Below, one piece after another: positions 52,621-64,000 of a DNA stretch of 64,000 nt. The notes under the pieces were generated by a model that was not told where the DNA came from, made no database searches, and saw only the letters and a list, made by a program, of their open reading frames with translations. Location: the NCBI RefSeq assembly GCF_006345805.1, contig NC_043007.1, positions 8,928,001 to 8,992,000 of the forward strand, written 5' to 3'. Position 1 is the stretch's first letter; each line of letters starts with the position of its first letter. The stretch is from Octopus sinensis (Eukaryota). A program made the position numbers and the translations under genes.

Positions 52621-53642
52621 TATGTACATGTAGAGGTAGGTACGTACATATATGTTTATATACATGCATATGTTTTATTTTATTTATTAATATATTATAT
52701 ATATATAGATATACGTACGCATATACACACACATGCACTGACGCACGCACACATACACAGGCATGCACTCACATATACCACGCATTTCCCACTTACCCCC
52801 TTAAATACATCGAATACGTTCTGATGTTATGAAAGGCTACTGTTATGTATATTTGTCATGGTAGAAAATATATAATCATATTTTCTTCGCCAGATGTATC
52901 AGTGATAGGTTCCTTAGGCTATATTTCTTCCGTTAAGGCTTTAGCCTTCACAATGTGACATAAGCCTGTAACTCAGAGTTTCCCAGTCCTGATCGTCAGG
53001 TTGCGATAGATTGTCTATAAAAAAGCCGCCTTTCATTGCTGCTTTACTTATCACGAATAAGAAATAGCCGAACATTCCTGAAAACTTAGAGCTTATTAGA
53101 AAAATGAGTAACATACTCGACTAAGCAATATAAAAAAAGTTTTCAAATATAACGGATGGCTATGGCTAGAACGCCTTTGATCGCATATATGTTTAACCAG
53201 AGCGGAACTGGCTCGTGGTTAAACAGTAGCGAAAAATTAATTTCGAATCCGGATTGAATCTGTACACATTCATAACAGAAAGTACCCATAATTGTAAACA
53301 TAAATTCGGATTTGATTTTTGTTTGTGAAGCGGTAAAAGTTCATTAGAGATAATTCAGCCTCTAATGAACTACGTTAATTAATATATTAAATACGAACGG
53401 CTGCTGTTTTTGTTTTGGTTTTTCGAAAAATGATAATTTAATTTTATTGATTTTATTTGTTTAGGAATGCAAGTGAAATAAATAGTTGACATACAATAAA
53501 CTGCAAATAGAATACAATAGTTACGAGAGGAATAATGTGCGATCGACTTTTATAAAAACATTCATACGTGCGTACATACATACAAGCATAGAACACATAG
53601 ATGCATATAGATACATATGCACATGCACACACACATATATAG

Positions 53643-53696
<54 letters not shown>

Positions 53697-53874
53697 GTTT
53701 TTGTGTGTGCGCATACGTTCCAGTATTATCCGCATATTCTATACACACACATACACATGTGTGTGTATGCATATATATATAAATATATACATATATAGAT
53801 ATTTATATATACACACTCATATATATATATGCATGTATATATTATATATATATATATATATGTGTGTGTGCATG

Positions 53875-53917
<43 letters not shown>

Positions 53918-54489
53918 TGCATATGTGCGTTTATGTGATTACGCAATTCTAATAAGAGCGTACATATATGTGCGTGCGTGCGTGTGAGTGCATACATATG
54001 CATAGTTTATATATATATATATAATATATATGACAGTGTGTATGTATGTTCATACATATATATACTATATATATATATATATATATATGTATGCACACAC
54101 GCGCATGCACGCACGCAGCTATATATACACTGTTTTTAGAATTACGCAATCACACAAGCGTACATATGCATACGTAGGTATATAATCTGACGCAACTCTT
54201 ATATAATATTGCACACGTAAGATAAATTGAAAATTTGTTCAACTAAAGCTTTTGAAAACCTACAATATACATATTCAGCAGTTGTGAATTCGCATTCTTA
54301 TTCTCGTTGTATACAGAAGAATAAGACAATCCAGAATCCTCTTTAGTGTCGTGTATGCAAACACAATAATAAGTTGTATACGGAACTGTTTAATATCTCT
54401 AAGTGAAGACCTTCAAAATACCGTAGTTTCAATATTTCAAAGTCTTATTTCCAGGCATGGATGTATTGTTAAGAAGAACAGTTTTGAAA

Positions 54490-55030
54490 GTTAGTAACTA
54501 TTTGGTTTTGGGTTCAGTTCCCAGGTGCGGTAAATTGCGCAAGTATCTTCCTCCAAAGCCTCGGGCCGCATAGAACATTGCGAGTGAATATGGTCGAGGA
54601 AGAGTACGTAGAAGCCCATCATACGCACACACAGAAACACACACACACACACAGACACACACACGCGCGCGCAGGCACGCACACACATACACCACACACA
54701 CCTACACACACATATAGATGCTGGCGTGACTGTTTGGTAGGAACTTTGCTTACTAACAACATGGTTCAGGGTTCAGTCCCACGGCAAAGAAGCTTAGGCA
54801 GGTATCTTCTACTATAACCTCGGGCCGACCAAAGATTTGTGAGCGGATTTGGTAGACGGAGACTACGAGAGACCCGTCGTATACGAATTCCTTCTTTCAG
54901 TTCACGTCTACCAAATTCAGTTACAAGGTTATAATAGAAGATATTTGCCCAAGGTACCACGCAACTGGACTGAACCCGGAATGATGTTATTGGGAAGAAA
55001 GCCTTTTACTCCATAGCTATGCCTGCGATA
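54490..55030. mobile_element. Three SINE-A 5' halves in alternating orientation (-, +, -)
   Basis: 54500-54650 (-), 54720-54880 (+), 54890-55025 (-). Confidence 0.7.
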
Positions 55031-55249
55031 ATGAATATTTTAAAACTGGCTTGTATTGCTATATTAATTACTGGTCATAGAATGGATAAGATTACGAGAA
55101 CCCAGCGCTGATGTACTGGCTTGTAGGAAAACAACATAGTATTCATTATCATTTAGAAGCAACGATTTTATTATTTGTTAATATTTGCAGCATTAACGAC
55201 ATCCTCGCTTCAGTACCAATTGCTTTAAATTAAGAATTATTCCAGTACT

Positions 55250-55448
55250 TACGAGGGGATGCAATAAAGTTTCTGGCTTTGGGAAAAAGAAAATACAGGA
55301 AGATGAGTCATCATGTTTCCCTATGAGATTCACACACTTATTGCAGCGCCCGTTTAGTTTTTCTAAGCCCTGAAAAGAACTCCGAAGGTTGGGCCTCGAA
55401 CCAGGCCTTTCGCGACATCCTTAAAGCCAAGAACTTTTCAACATCGTA
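55250..55448. mobile_element. ~200-bp mariner-derived MITE
   Basis: Left TACGAGGGGATGCAATAAAGTTTCTGGCTTT and right AAAGCCAAGAACTTTTCAACATCGTA; minus strand retains RCNKCVNLIG, like a mariner transposase C-terminus. Confidence 0.65.
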
Positions 55449-55984
55449 TATGCAGTTCGCTCTTTGTACGTGAATGTTTATATGTAAGTGGGTTCACTTG
55501 TTTCTATTACAAGTAGTCTGTGTGTATGCATATAATAATTTTTCTTCTATAGAAACAAGACATAAAGTTGGGAAGAGGATAATGCTGGCATATCAGCGTA
55601 GATATTCGCAAATATTCAGACTACGAAGACGAGGGAATAACCAAAATATTTGTATCATAGGTACCACTAAAGGAACGGAGCAAGAGAGGGAGACTCAATA
55701 AGATACGGCGCGCCATCATCAGAGATGACGTGAACCAACTTAGCATCACTTGATATTGGTTGTAGCGGTGTCAGCGATGATGAAAACAGTTGCCGTGCTG
55801 TCATCGCTTATTTTAGTGGAGGTTGGAGAATGATGTTGCACCGGTGGTGATGATAGTGGTAGTTGCTCTTTTGATGATGATGTGGTGGTGGTGGCATTGT
55901 TAATTGCGGTGATGCTGGTGGTAAAGGTGCCGAGTGTGATATCGATGGTTTTGGTACTGACTAAACTGATGCTGGTATTGGTGG

Positions 55985-56150
55985 AGAAGCGATGCCACTG
56001 CCCCCCACACCCGCAACATCGCTTGACAACTGTTGCCGGTGTATTTACGCCCCGTCACGTAGCAGTTCGGCAAGAGAAACCGATAGAATAAAGTACTAAG
56101 CTTACAAAGAATAAGTCGTGGGGTCGATTTACTCGACTAAAGGGCGGTGC
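55985..56150 (+). mobile_element. SINE-A 3' half, followed by a fragment of the hammerhead-module tail (~56155-56250)
   Basis: CAACATCGCTTGACAAC...AAGGGCGGTGCTCC, then AACAAACAAGTTGAGGACAAATATCC...AATAATGTACATAATTC. Confidence 0.7.
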
Positions 56151-56613
56151 TCCTAACAAACAAGTTGAGGACAAATATCCAGCAAATGTAAACATGTAAA
56201 TAATGTACATAATTCTTCATCCCTTAAATAGAGAACTGATAGTAGAGACGGTAGTTAAAAGAATTTTGCTGGTGATATGATGTTATTGTCGTCAGAGGCG
56301 GTGGCGTTGATGGTAATAGTGTGCTACTGGAAAAAGGGTAGCCATGTTGGTAATTCTCTATACACTATTTATGCCGTTGTATAGAAAGCTCCTGTTGTTG
56401 TTGTTGTTGGTGGTGGTGGTGTTGTTGTTCTTGTCGTTGCTGTTGCTGCTGTCGTGATTAGTCGTAGCGGAGGCGTTGATGATGGTTACGCTACTGTTGT
56501 TGCTGGTATGCTGTAGTGATGATAACTGCAGTTATAATTCTTTTCTATAGATGCTGTTATAGTTGTTAATGGCGGCAATAGGCGTAGATGATGACGTTGG
56601 TAGTTTCTTCCGA

Positions 56614-56664
<51 letters not shown>

Positions 56665-57059
56665 CATCATCATCATCAACTTCCACATCATCATCATCAT
56701 CATCATCAACTTCCACATCATCATCATCATCATCATCATCATTGTTATTATCAATAACATTATTATTATTATTGTTGCTGATGTTCTTGTGGTTGTTGTT
56801 GTTGTTAGTGGTGGTGGTGGCATTTCTTTAGATCGACTCAACGGCTGATAATTAAAGTAAGGATTCCCAGGAAGCCATTGCTATATCATTAATTACCAAA
56901 TAAGAATCAGACGCATGATATCAGGGAAAGTTGTGAATAGACAAGTTAACAAAGTATTTCACATTGGCCCCCGGGAGGCATTCACACGATGCTGTCAGCA
57001 ATGGAAACAATCTCAGCTCACCAACCACCACCACCACCACCACCACCACCACCACCACC

Positions 57060-57263
57060 ACTACTACTACTACTGCTACTACTACCACTACTACTGCTGC
57101 TGCTGCTGCTACTACTGCTACTACTACTACTGTTGCTGCTGCTACTGCTGTGCTTGTTTTATATGTGTGTGCCGTAACTTCTACCTCTACTAACATTATA
57201 TTCCTTTCCTCTCAGTTATAAAACACACACACATATATATGCATAAACACATATTTATATAAT

Positions 57264-57340
<77 letters not shown>

Positions 57341-57881
57341 TTATGTATGTATGTGTTTCAATGTATGTATGGTGGCTATGTGGATATTTTTATATCTAAA
57401 AAACACACGCACACACATACACTTATATATGTATATATGCATGCAAACATGCATTTGTACATATGTGCAAGTGTGTGTTTATGCTTGTAAGCCCTCTTAC
57501 GCCCTCAGACACACAACGTCGCAGTTGTGTTTATATGGAACCTCACCTGAACTACCGATATTTCTTCAATTACCTTAACAACCAATTTCCTCCCCAACAC
57601 CATTGAAACCACCGCCAGCACAACCACCAGCACCACCACCAGCACCAGCACCAGCGCCAGCACCCCATCATTATCCTTATCATCATCATCATCATCGTTG
57701 TTGTCTTTGTCATCGTCATCACATCAATGCTATCAACCTGCGTATAACAATCCGCATCTACTCTGTTATGATTAGAACGACCATTATGATCAAAACTACC
57801 ACCACCACCACCATCACCACTACCACCACCACCACCACCACCACCACCACCACACTACTACTACTACTACTGCTACTACTA

Positions 57882-57913
<32 letters not shown>

Positions 57914-58051
57914 ACTACTGTTGCTGCTGCTACTGCTGTGCTTGTTTTATATGTGTGTGCCGTAACTTCTACCTCTACTAACATTATATTCCTTTCCTCT
58001 CAGTTATAAAACACACACACATATATATGCATAAACACATATTTATATAAT

Positions 58052-58108
<57 letters not shown>

Positions 58109-58610
58109 TTATGTATGTATGTGTTTCAATGTATGTATGGTGGCTATGTGGATATTTTTATATCTAAAAAACACACGCACACACATACACTTATATATGT
58201 ATATATGCATGCAAACATGCATTTGTACATATGTGCAAGTGTGTGTTTATGCTTGTAAGCCCTCTTACGCCCTCAGACACACAACGTCGCAGTTGTGTTT
58301 ATATGGAACCTCACCTGAACTACCGATATTTCTTCAATTACCTTAACAACCAATTTCCTCCCCAACACCATTGAAACCACCGCCAGCACAACCACCAGCA
58401 CCACCACCAGCACCAGCACCAGCGCCAGCACCTCCATCATTATCCTTATCATCATCATCATCATCGTTGTTGTCTTTGTCATCGTCATCACATCAATGCT
58501 ATCAACCTGCGTATAACAATCCGCATCTACTCTGTTATGATTAGAACGACCATTATGATCAAAACTACCACCACCACCACCACCACCACTACCACCACCA
58601 CCACCACCAC
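57060..58610. repeat. ~768-bp tandem duplication of a microsatellite-rich unit
   Basis: Identical 83-aa ORFs at 57327 and 58095; the units differ mainly in repeat lengths and a 1-nt indel (CACCCCATC versus CACCTCCATC). Confidence 0.9.
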
Positions 58611-58671
58611 TAAGACTAATAACAAGAAAGACAACAACAACCACTACAACAACAACACAGACAATAAATAA

Positions 58672-58910
58672 GGCGGCGAGCTGGCAGAAATGTTAGCACA
58701 ATGGGCGAAATTCTTTGCGGTATTTCGTCTGACATTATGTTCCCAGTTCAAATTCCGCCGAGGTCGACTTTGCCTTTCATACTTTCGGGGTCGATTAAAT
58801 AAGTACCAGTTACGTACTGGGGTCGATATAATCGACTTAATCCGTTTGTCTGTCCTTGTTTGTCCCCTCTGTGTTTAACCCCTTGTGGGCAGTAAAGAAA
58901 TAAGAAACAC
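58672..58910 (+). mobile_element. SINE-B, full length
   Basis: Colinear with 35188. Confidence 0.88.
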
Positions 58911-59299
58911 AGACAATAAGATTTCTAGTATAACTAGACAATACAATCAACGCAGTCGCCAGCACCAACACCAATCTTTTATCCTCGAAAACATGGTCAT
59001 AGCAACAATAGGTGCTTCTACGTGGTTCAATGGACTTCCAGAAATAGCAACCCTCAAATTTCCTCAAATCACTCTAATCACGCTTATGCGGTTTAGAAAA
59101 ATAAACTTGAGATAATGAAGCTCTGGCATTTTCTGAAAACAGGAATTAAACAAATATATAGTTATTGTAATCGTTATGATTGGATGGTCACGGCTAGAGT
59201 TCTTTCGATAATAGGTCACCTCAACTCGTTCAGTGATTTCTCGTTTAAGAGCGAATTAGGAACGGCATGGTTACTATTCGCAACCTCCATGATAAACAG

Positions 59300-59347
<48 letters not shown>

Positions 59348-59348
59348 G

Positions 59349-59398
<50 letters not shown>

Positions 59399-59478
59399 AC
59401 TACTACTACTACTACTACTACTGCTACTGCTGCTGTTGCTGCTGCTGCTTCTGCTACCACCACCACCACCACCACCAT

Positions 59479-59511
<33 letters not shown>

Positions 59512-59609
59512 AACTACTACTACTACTGTTACATCTCCAACTGCACCACTACCACCACCATCCATACCCACAATTCCTACACGTTACTCTAGCATCATCG
59601 TTACATTAT

Positions 59610-60385
59610 TAACATACTCGGCTGTGTGGTAAAAAGCTTATTTCCTGACCAAATGTTTCCGGTTTCAGTCCCACTGCGTGGCAGCTGTCTTCTCCTATTG
59701 TCCCGGGCGGGACGAAAGCCGTGTGAGTGGATTTGGTAGGCGGAGGCTGAATGAAGCCCGCTGTCAAAGATGGTGCGTCAGCATGACCGCAGCTTCAATG
59801 CTGAAACAATTTAAATAATTTTGTGTGTGTGTGTGTATGTGTGTTTGTCCGCAACCACTGCTTGAAAGGCAGTGTTTGTGAGTTTACAGCCCCGTAACTT
59901 AGCAATTCGCCTAAAGAACGGGATAGGCTAGGTACTAGGTAGAGTGAAGGTAGGCGAAAAAGCAATCCTGCCATATTGCCGCGTTATAATACTCTTTTTA
60001 CTGCTTTACTTGTTTCAGTCATTTGACTGCGGCCATGCTGGAGCACCGCCTTTAGTCGAGCAAATCCACCCCAGGACTTACTCTTTGTAAGCCTAGTACT
60101 TATTCTATCGGTCTCTTTTGCCAAACCGCTAATTGACGGGAAGTAAACACACCAGCATCGGTTGTCAAGCGATGTTGGGTGGGAGACAAACACAGACACA
60201 CAAACATATACACACACATACATATATAAATATATATACATATATACGACGGGCTCCTTTCAGTTTCTGTCTACCAAATCCAGTCACAAGGCTTTGATCA
60301 ACCCGAGGCTATAGTAGAAGACATTTACCCAAGGTGCCACGCAGTGGGAATGAACCCGGAACCACGTGTTTCGTAAGCAAGCTAC
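59610..60385. mobile_element. SINE-A copies: rearranged + copy (59610-59960) and near full-length - copy (59991-60385)
   Basis: Diagnostic head, CORE-like and tail motifs. Confidence 0.8.
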
Positions 60386-61173
60386 GGCGCTTTTCACAAT
60401 TTATGTTACTAACAACAAACACACCACGCGCGGACACACACGTACACATACACGTACACGCATAAACAGTTGTAAATATTTGTAAAAATTCTATTATGAA
60501 ATTCATAATTCCATTTGTTGTATTCTACAATGATGTCTACTTACAAAACTATTGTTTATAGTATTATTTCTTATTGCGGGAAGCACCGTAAGTACTGCTT
60601 TCTTGTGCATTTAATTCATAATAAGTAATAAAATTTAAATATCTGGAAAATATTATTAATTTTATTTCAACGTACACCGACAGGACAAACGTAGTAACGT
60701 CAATTAAATAATTGCAATTCTATAAATTACAATATATTTATTGAATAGCTTATTGCGTTCTTAGTGACTGAGAAAAAGTGTTCTGTGTATATATATATAT
60801 ATATATACATATATATACAATATATATATATATTTATATATATATATATATATTATATTGATATATATATATATATATAATATATATGCATATATACATA
60901 CATATATGTACATACGTACATCTATATGTATATATACATGCATATATGAGTAGAGGACATAAAAAACGTAGAACACAATGAGAAACGAAAACATAAAAAC
61001 AAAAACATAGAAACGAACATTTTGGGGGAACAATGAAAAAAAAACAAACAGTAAAACGAGACATACAACATAAAGAATATTCCCCTTCTTCAGTTGTCCC
61101 TGTTTCATCTACTCCGCTTCCCGAAGGTAAGGACAATACGCGACTTCGTTGAAACTATATATATATATATATA

Positions 61174-61644
61174 CACAGAGTGATTGAAAATTACTTATAA
61201 ATTATTTATTAAATGTAAATTTTTACAAACATAACGGATATGAGAGGCAAGTATGATGTTTAATTTTAAAAATTCGATATGGCCTCCAGATGTCGCCACC
61301 AGCATCTTGAGTGATCCAGGAATTGCGTCAACTTATTTCACCAGAATTCTCTCTTCTAGTTCTTCCAAATGGTTTGCTACAGTAGACTTGCTCTTTTAAC
61401 TAACCCTAAAGAAAGAAGTGACAGAGTGTTGAGTCGGGACACCTAGCTGGCCACTCATGCGGACCATGACGACCCAGCCATCTCCCGGGGAAGTAGGCGT
61501 TAGGCTATTCCCTACGGCCATTCAATACGATTCCAGATTAAATTCTCATACTTCCCAAAAAGTACAGAAAAAAATGTCAAAAACACTACATTTAATAAAT
61601 AATCTCTAAATATCTTAAAATAGGGGTTTACTTTTCAATCGCTC

Positions 61645-61648
<4 letters not shown>
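61174..61648 (-). mobile_element. Internally deleted Tc1/mariner-superfamily element (WPARSPDLTP.DFFLWG-type transposase)
   Basis: TIRs CACAGAGTGATTGAAAA and TTTTCAATCGCTCTGTG; minus strand reads GRHGPHEWPARCPDSTLCHFFL*G. Confidence 0.7.
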
Positions 61649-61676
<28 letters not shown>

Positions 61677-62270
61677 ATATCTGTGTAAATATAAGGTCAG
61701 CGTGAGTTTCGAAGCTCCTAAAGAGTTATTGGGCAGCAATAATATATATATATATATAAACGTGACGGGCTTCCACGCAGTTTCTACCCACTGAATTCAC
61801 TCATAAGGCATTATTCGGCCAGTAGAGGACACGTGCCTATGGTGTCGCGCCGCGCGTCTATATCCGAGAACTTATGATTGCGAAGCGAAATTCTGAACCA
61901 TACAAACAAATATTTAGCAGACGTGAATATTTGATCAAACACAGCGCATTTATAAGTGTGATGTTGCTTCTTCACGCATAAAAAAATTTGTCATAGAACT
62001 GCGATCGTCCATTCGACTTAAATAAAGGCACAGAACGGAAACAAGGAGGAAAGAGGAAACGTAATTTCCTTTCATCAGATGAGTAGAGAAACAAAATTTT
62101 ACTCTGGATGCACGATATCTACCTATGTATTATAAAACGGGAAATTAGAAATATAACGTTAGGAATTTCTCTAAAACCTAATCTCTATAAATTATGTTTA
62201 CTAAAACAAACTACTCTTTCGTTCTTCTCTACAACATTTTACTTCCATTTCAAACTATATACATACATAC

Positions 62271-62383
62271 ATTGGCCTGCTCGCTTAGCCAGTGGGGGTG
62301 GCGTCATCTGAAGGCTAAAACAATGCGAAGCGCGTTGTGACCAGCGATGTGTAGCAACATCTGATAGCCTGGTCGGTCACGTG
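62271..62383 (+). mobile_element. Free-standing copy of alternative tail 2 (probable LINE 3' end)
   Basis: Matches the reverse complement of 29241-29355; flanked by simple repeats. Confidence 0.7.
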
Positions 62384-62424
62384 GTGGTGGTGGTCACATA
62401 CATACATACTACATACATACATAA

Positions 62425-62495
<71 letters not shown>

Positions 62496-62507
62496 TATAT
62501 TAATTTA

Positions 62508-62647
62508 GAGATAGTAGGCCCCTACATCTCACCATATAAAAAGCAATTTTATTTTTATTTTAAATACCTACTGTTTTATTACTTGTCAATAAATAAAATA
62601 AAAATAAAAATTCTTTTTTATGGTGAGATGTAGGGGACTACTTTCTC
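62508..62647. mobile_element. 140-bp fold-back element (MITE-like)
   Basis: ~55-bp arms GAGA(T/A)AGTAG(G/T)CCCCTACATCTCACCATA...TTTTATTTTA, ~30-nt loop; next to a (TA)n tract. Confidence 0.75.
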
Positions 62648-62738
62648 TGAATTAAAATATATTCCGTCATTGAGAATAATCTGACCCTCTGTTATGCCGG
62701 AATTTTTATTCTCTAAAAAATATTTTATATTTATATAA

Positions 62739-62868
<130 letters not shown>

Positions 62869-63703
62869 AATGTGAGGATAAAATTCTTTTCAAAAAATAT
62901 TTTCTCGAAAAAATTTATCAATGGCCAGCATATTAAAAAATACCTTTAACGGTTAAATTTATAAACAATTCATAAATGAGGGCAAAGGATAACAATTCTA
63001 ATGCCAAATATGCCGAAAAATTGGACATATTGTCCATTAACCATATAATTTTTTCACAATACACACGCTACTCGAAAAAAGGTCGACAGAAATTTCTAAA
63101 AAATTCCATTATTACCATATCGGACCGATTTTAGAGTTAGCTACTAAGAGCCCTCTCTTCGTCAGTGATACATGTGGCAAAAGAAATAAATGAGATACTT
63201 ACTCTATTTATATATTTATTCTTCAAAAATGTTGTACCCCAGCATGGCTACAGCCTATGGACTAGTACACATAAAATAAGTAGTGACCTCTTTTCTACAA
63301 TGTTTACGTCATTTTTATACAATCTTTGGTGCCCATCTGCCCAATGAACTTCTTTTCCTATAACCATTACTATATTTCGTTTGTGTATAACATTTGTGCA
63401 TCATTATATATGTTTCTAAATTTGTTGGTGAGGAAGAATGCATTGAATTCTAACACAGATACAGGGCAGCAAATTTGCAATTAGGTTGCAGTTGATTAAA
63501 CCTACAATAATACTTAATTGATGTATCATTTTAAGAACTGCTCAAATACAAAAGTTTAAAAAGAACTGCATTCAAGTCAGGCATCAGAGTTTACGGTAGT
63601 AAATTAAACAGAAAATATCCCTCACCAAATCCTATGAAACTCCGCCATCATAGTGATTGACATAACATCACTCTGTGAAATTTTCTAGCTTTTGGTCATT
63701 GTA

Positions 63704-64000
63704 TTGGGCTGTCCGGAAAGTTCGTGTCGATTTTTAAAGGATAGAAAAAGGCCAATAAATACTTGCCATTACATCTTTAATCAACCAAATATGAAACATT
63801 TTGCTGCGCAATGCGTCTCCATCTTTCCTTCAACTTGAAAATACCCTCTTCACAGAATTGATTTGTTTTCATTGCAAAGAATACATCAAGGCATCTTTTT
63901 AAGTCATCCAAGGAATTGAAATTTTTACCATTAACACTATTCTGCAGAGCCCTGAATAAATGGAAATCCGAAGGAGCAATATCTGGTGAATATGGAGGGT
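63704..64000 (-). mobile_element. Mariner element 3' end, same family as 20332-20850; transposase C-terminus open from 63998 to 63777
   Basis: TA plus TIR TTGGGCTGTCCGGAAAG; PPYSPDIAPSDFHLFRALQNSVNGKNF...EEGIFKLKERWRRIAQQNVSYLVD* (YSPDLAP.D motif with the third catalytic D). Confidence 0.92.

Overview
AT-rich, microsatellite-saturated eukaryotic genomic DNA with one 100-N scaffold gap (10873-10972). The repeat content closely resembles octopus (cephalopod) sequence; this is recalled resemblance, not a database result. I found no recognisable host protein-coding gene, rRNA, true tRNA or CRISPR array, and almost every ORF in the supplied track is a translated simple repeat. The window is mainly mobile-element debris: three abundant tRNA-derived SINE families (called SINE-A, -B and -C here, since I cannot map them reliably to published octopus names), LINE remnants (Tx1/L1-like, CR1-like, RTE-like), three Penelope-like (PLE) ORF remnants, several Tc1/mariner elements and MITEs, and a set of short fold-back elements. 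The most unusual structure is at 41.2-42.45 kb. On the minus strand it reads tRNA-like Pol III head, (AAT)n/(AAG)n, then a module with a minimal hammerhead-ribozyme core. It sits head-to-head with a second, decayed copy of that module and just upstream of a decayed PLE ORF, suggesting a ribozyme-bearing SINE-like element parasitising PLEs. Also notable: SINE-C carries three different 3' tails, there are several near-perfect hairpins, and a few unique islands have splice-site or promoter motifs (low confidence).
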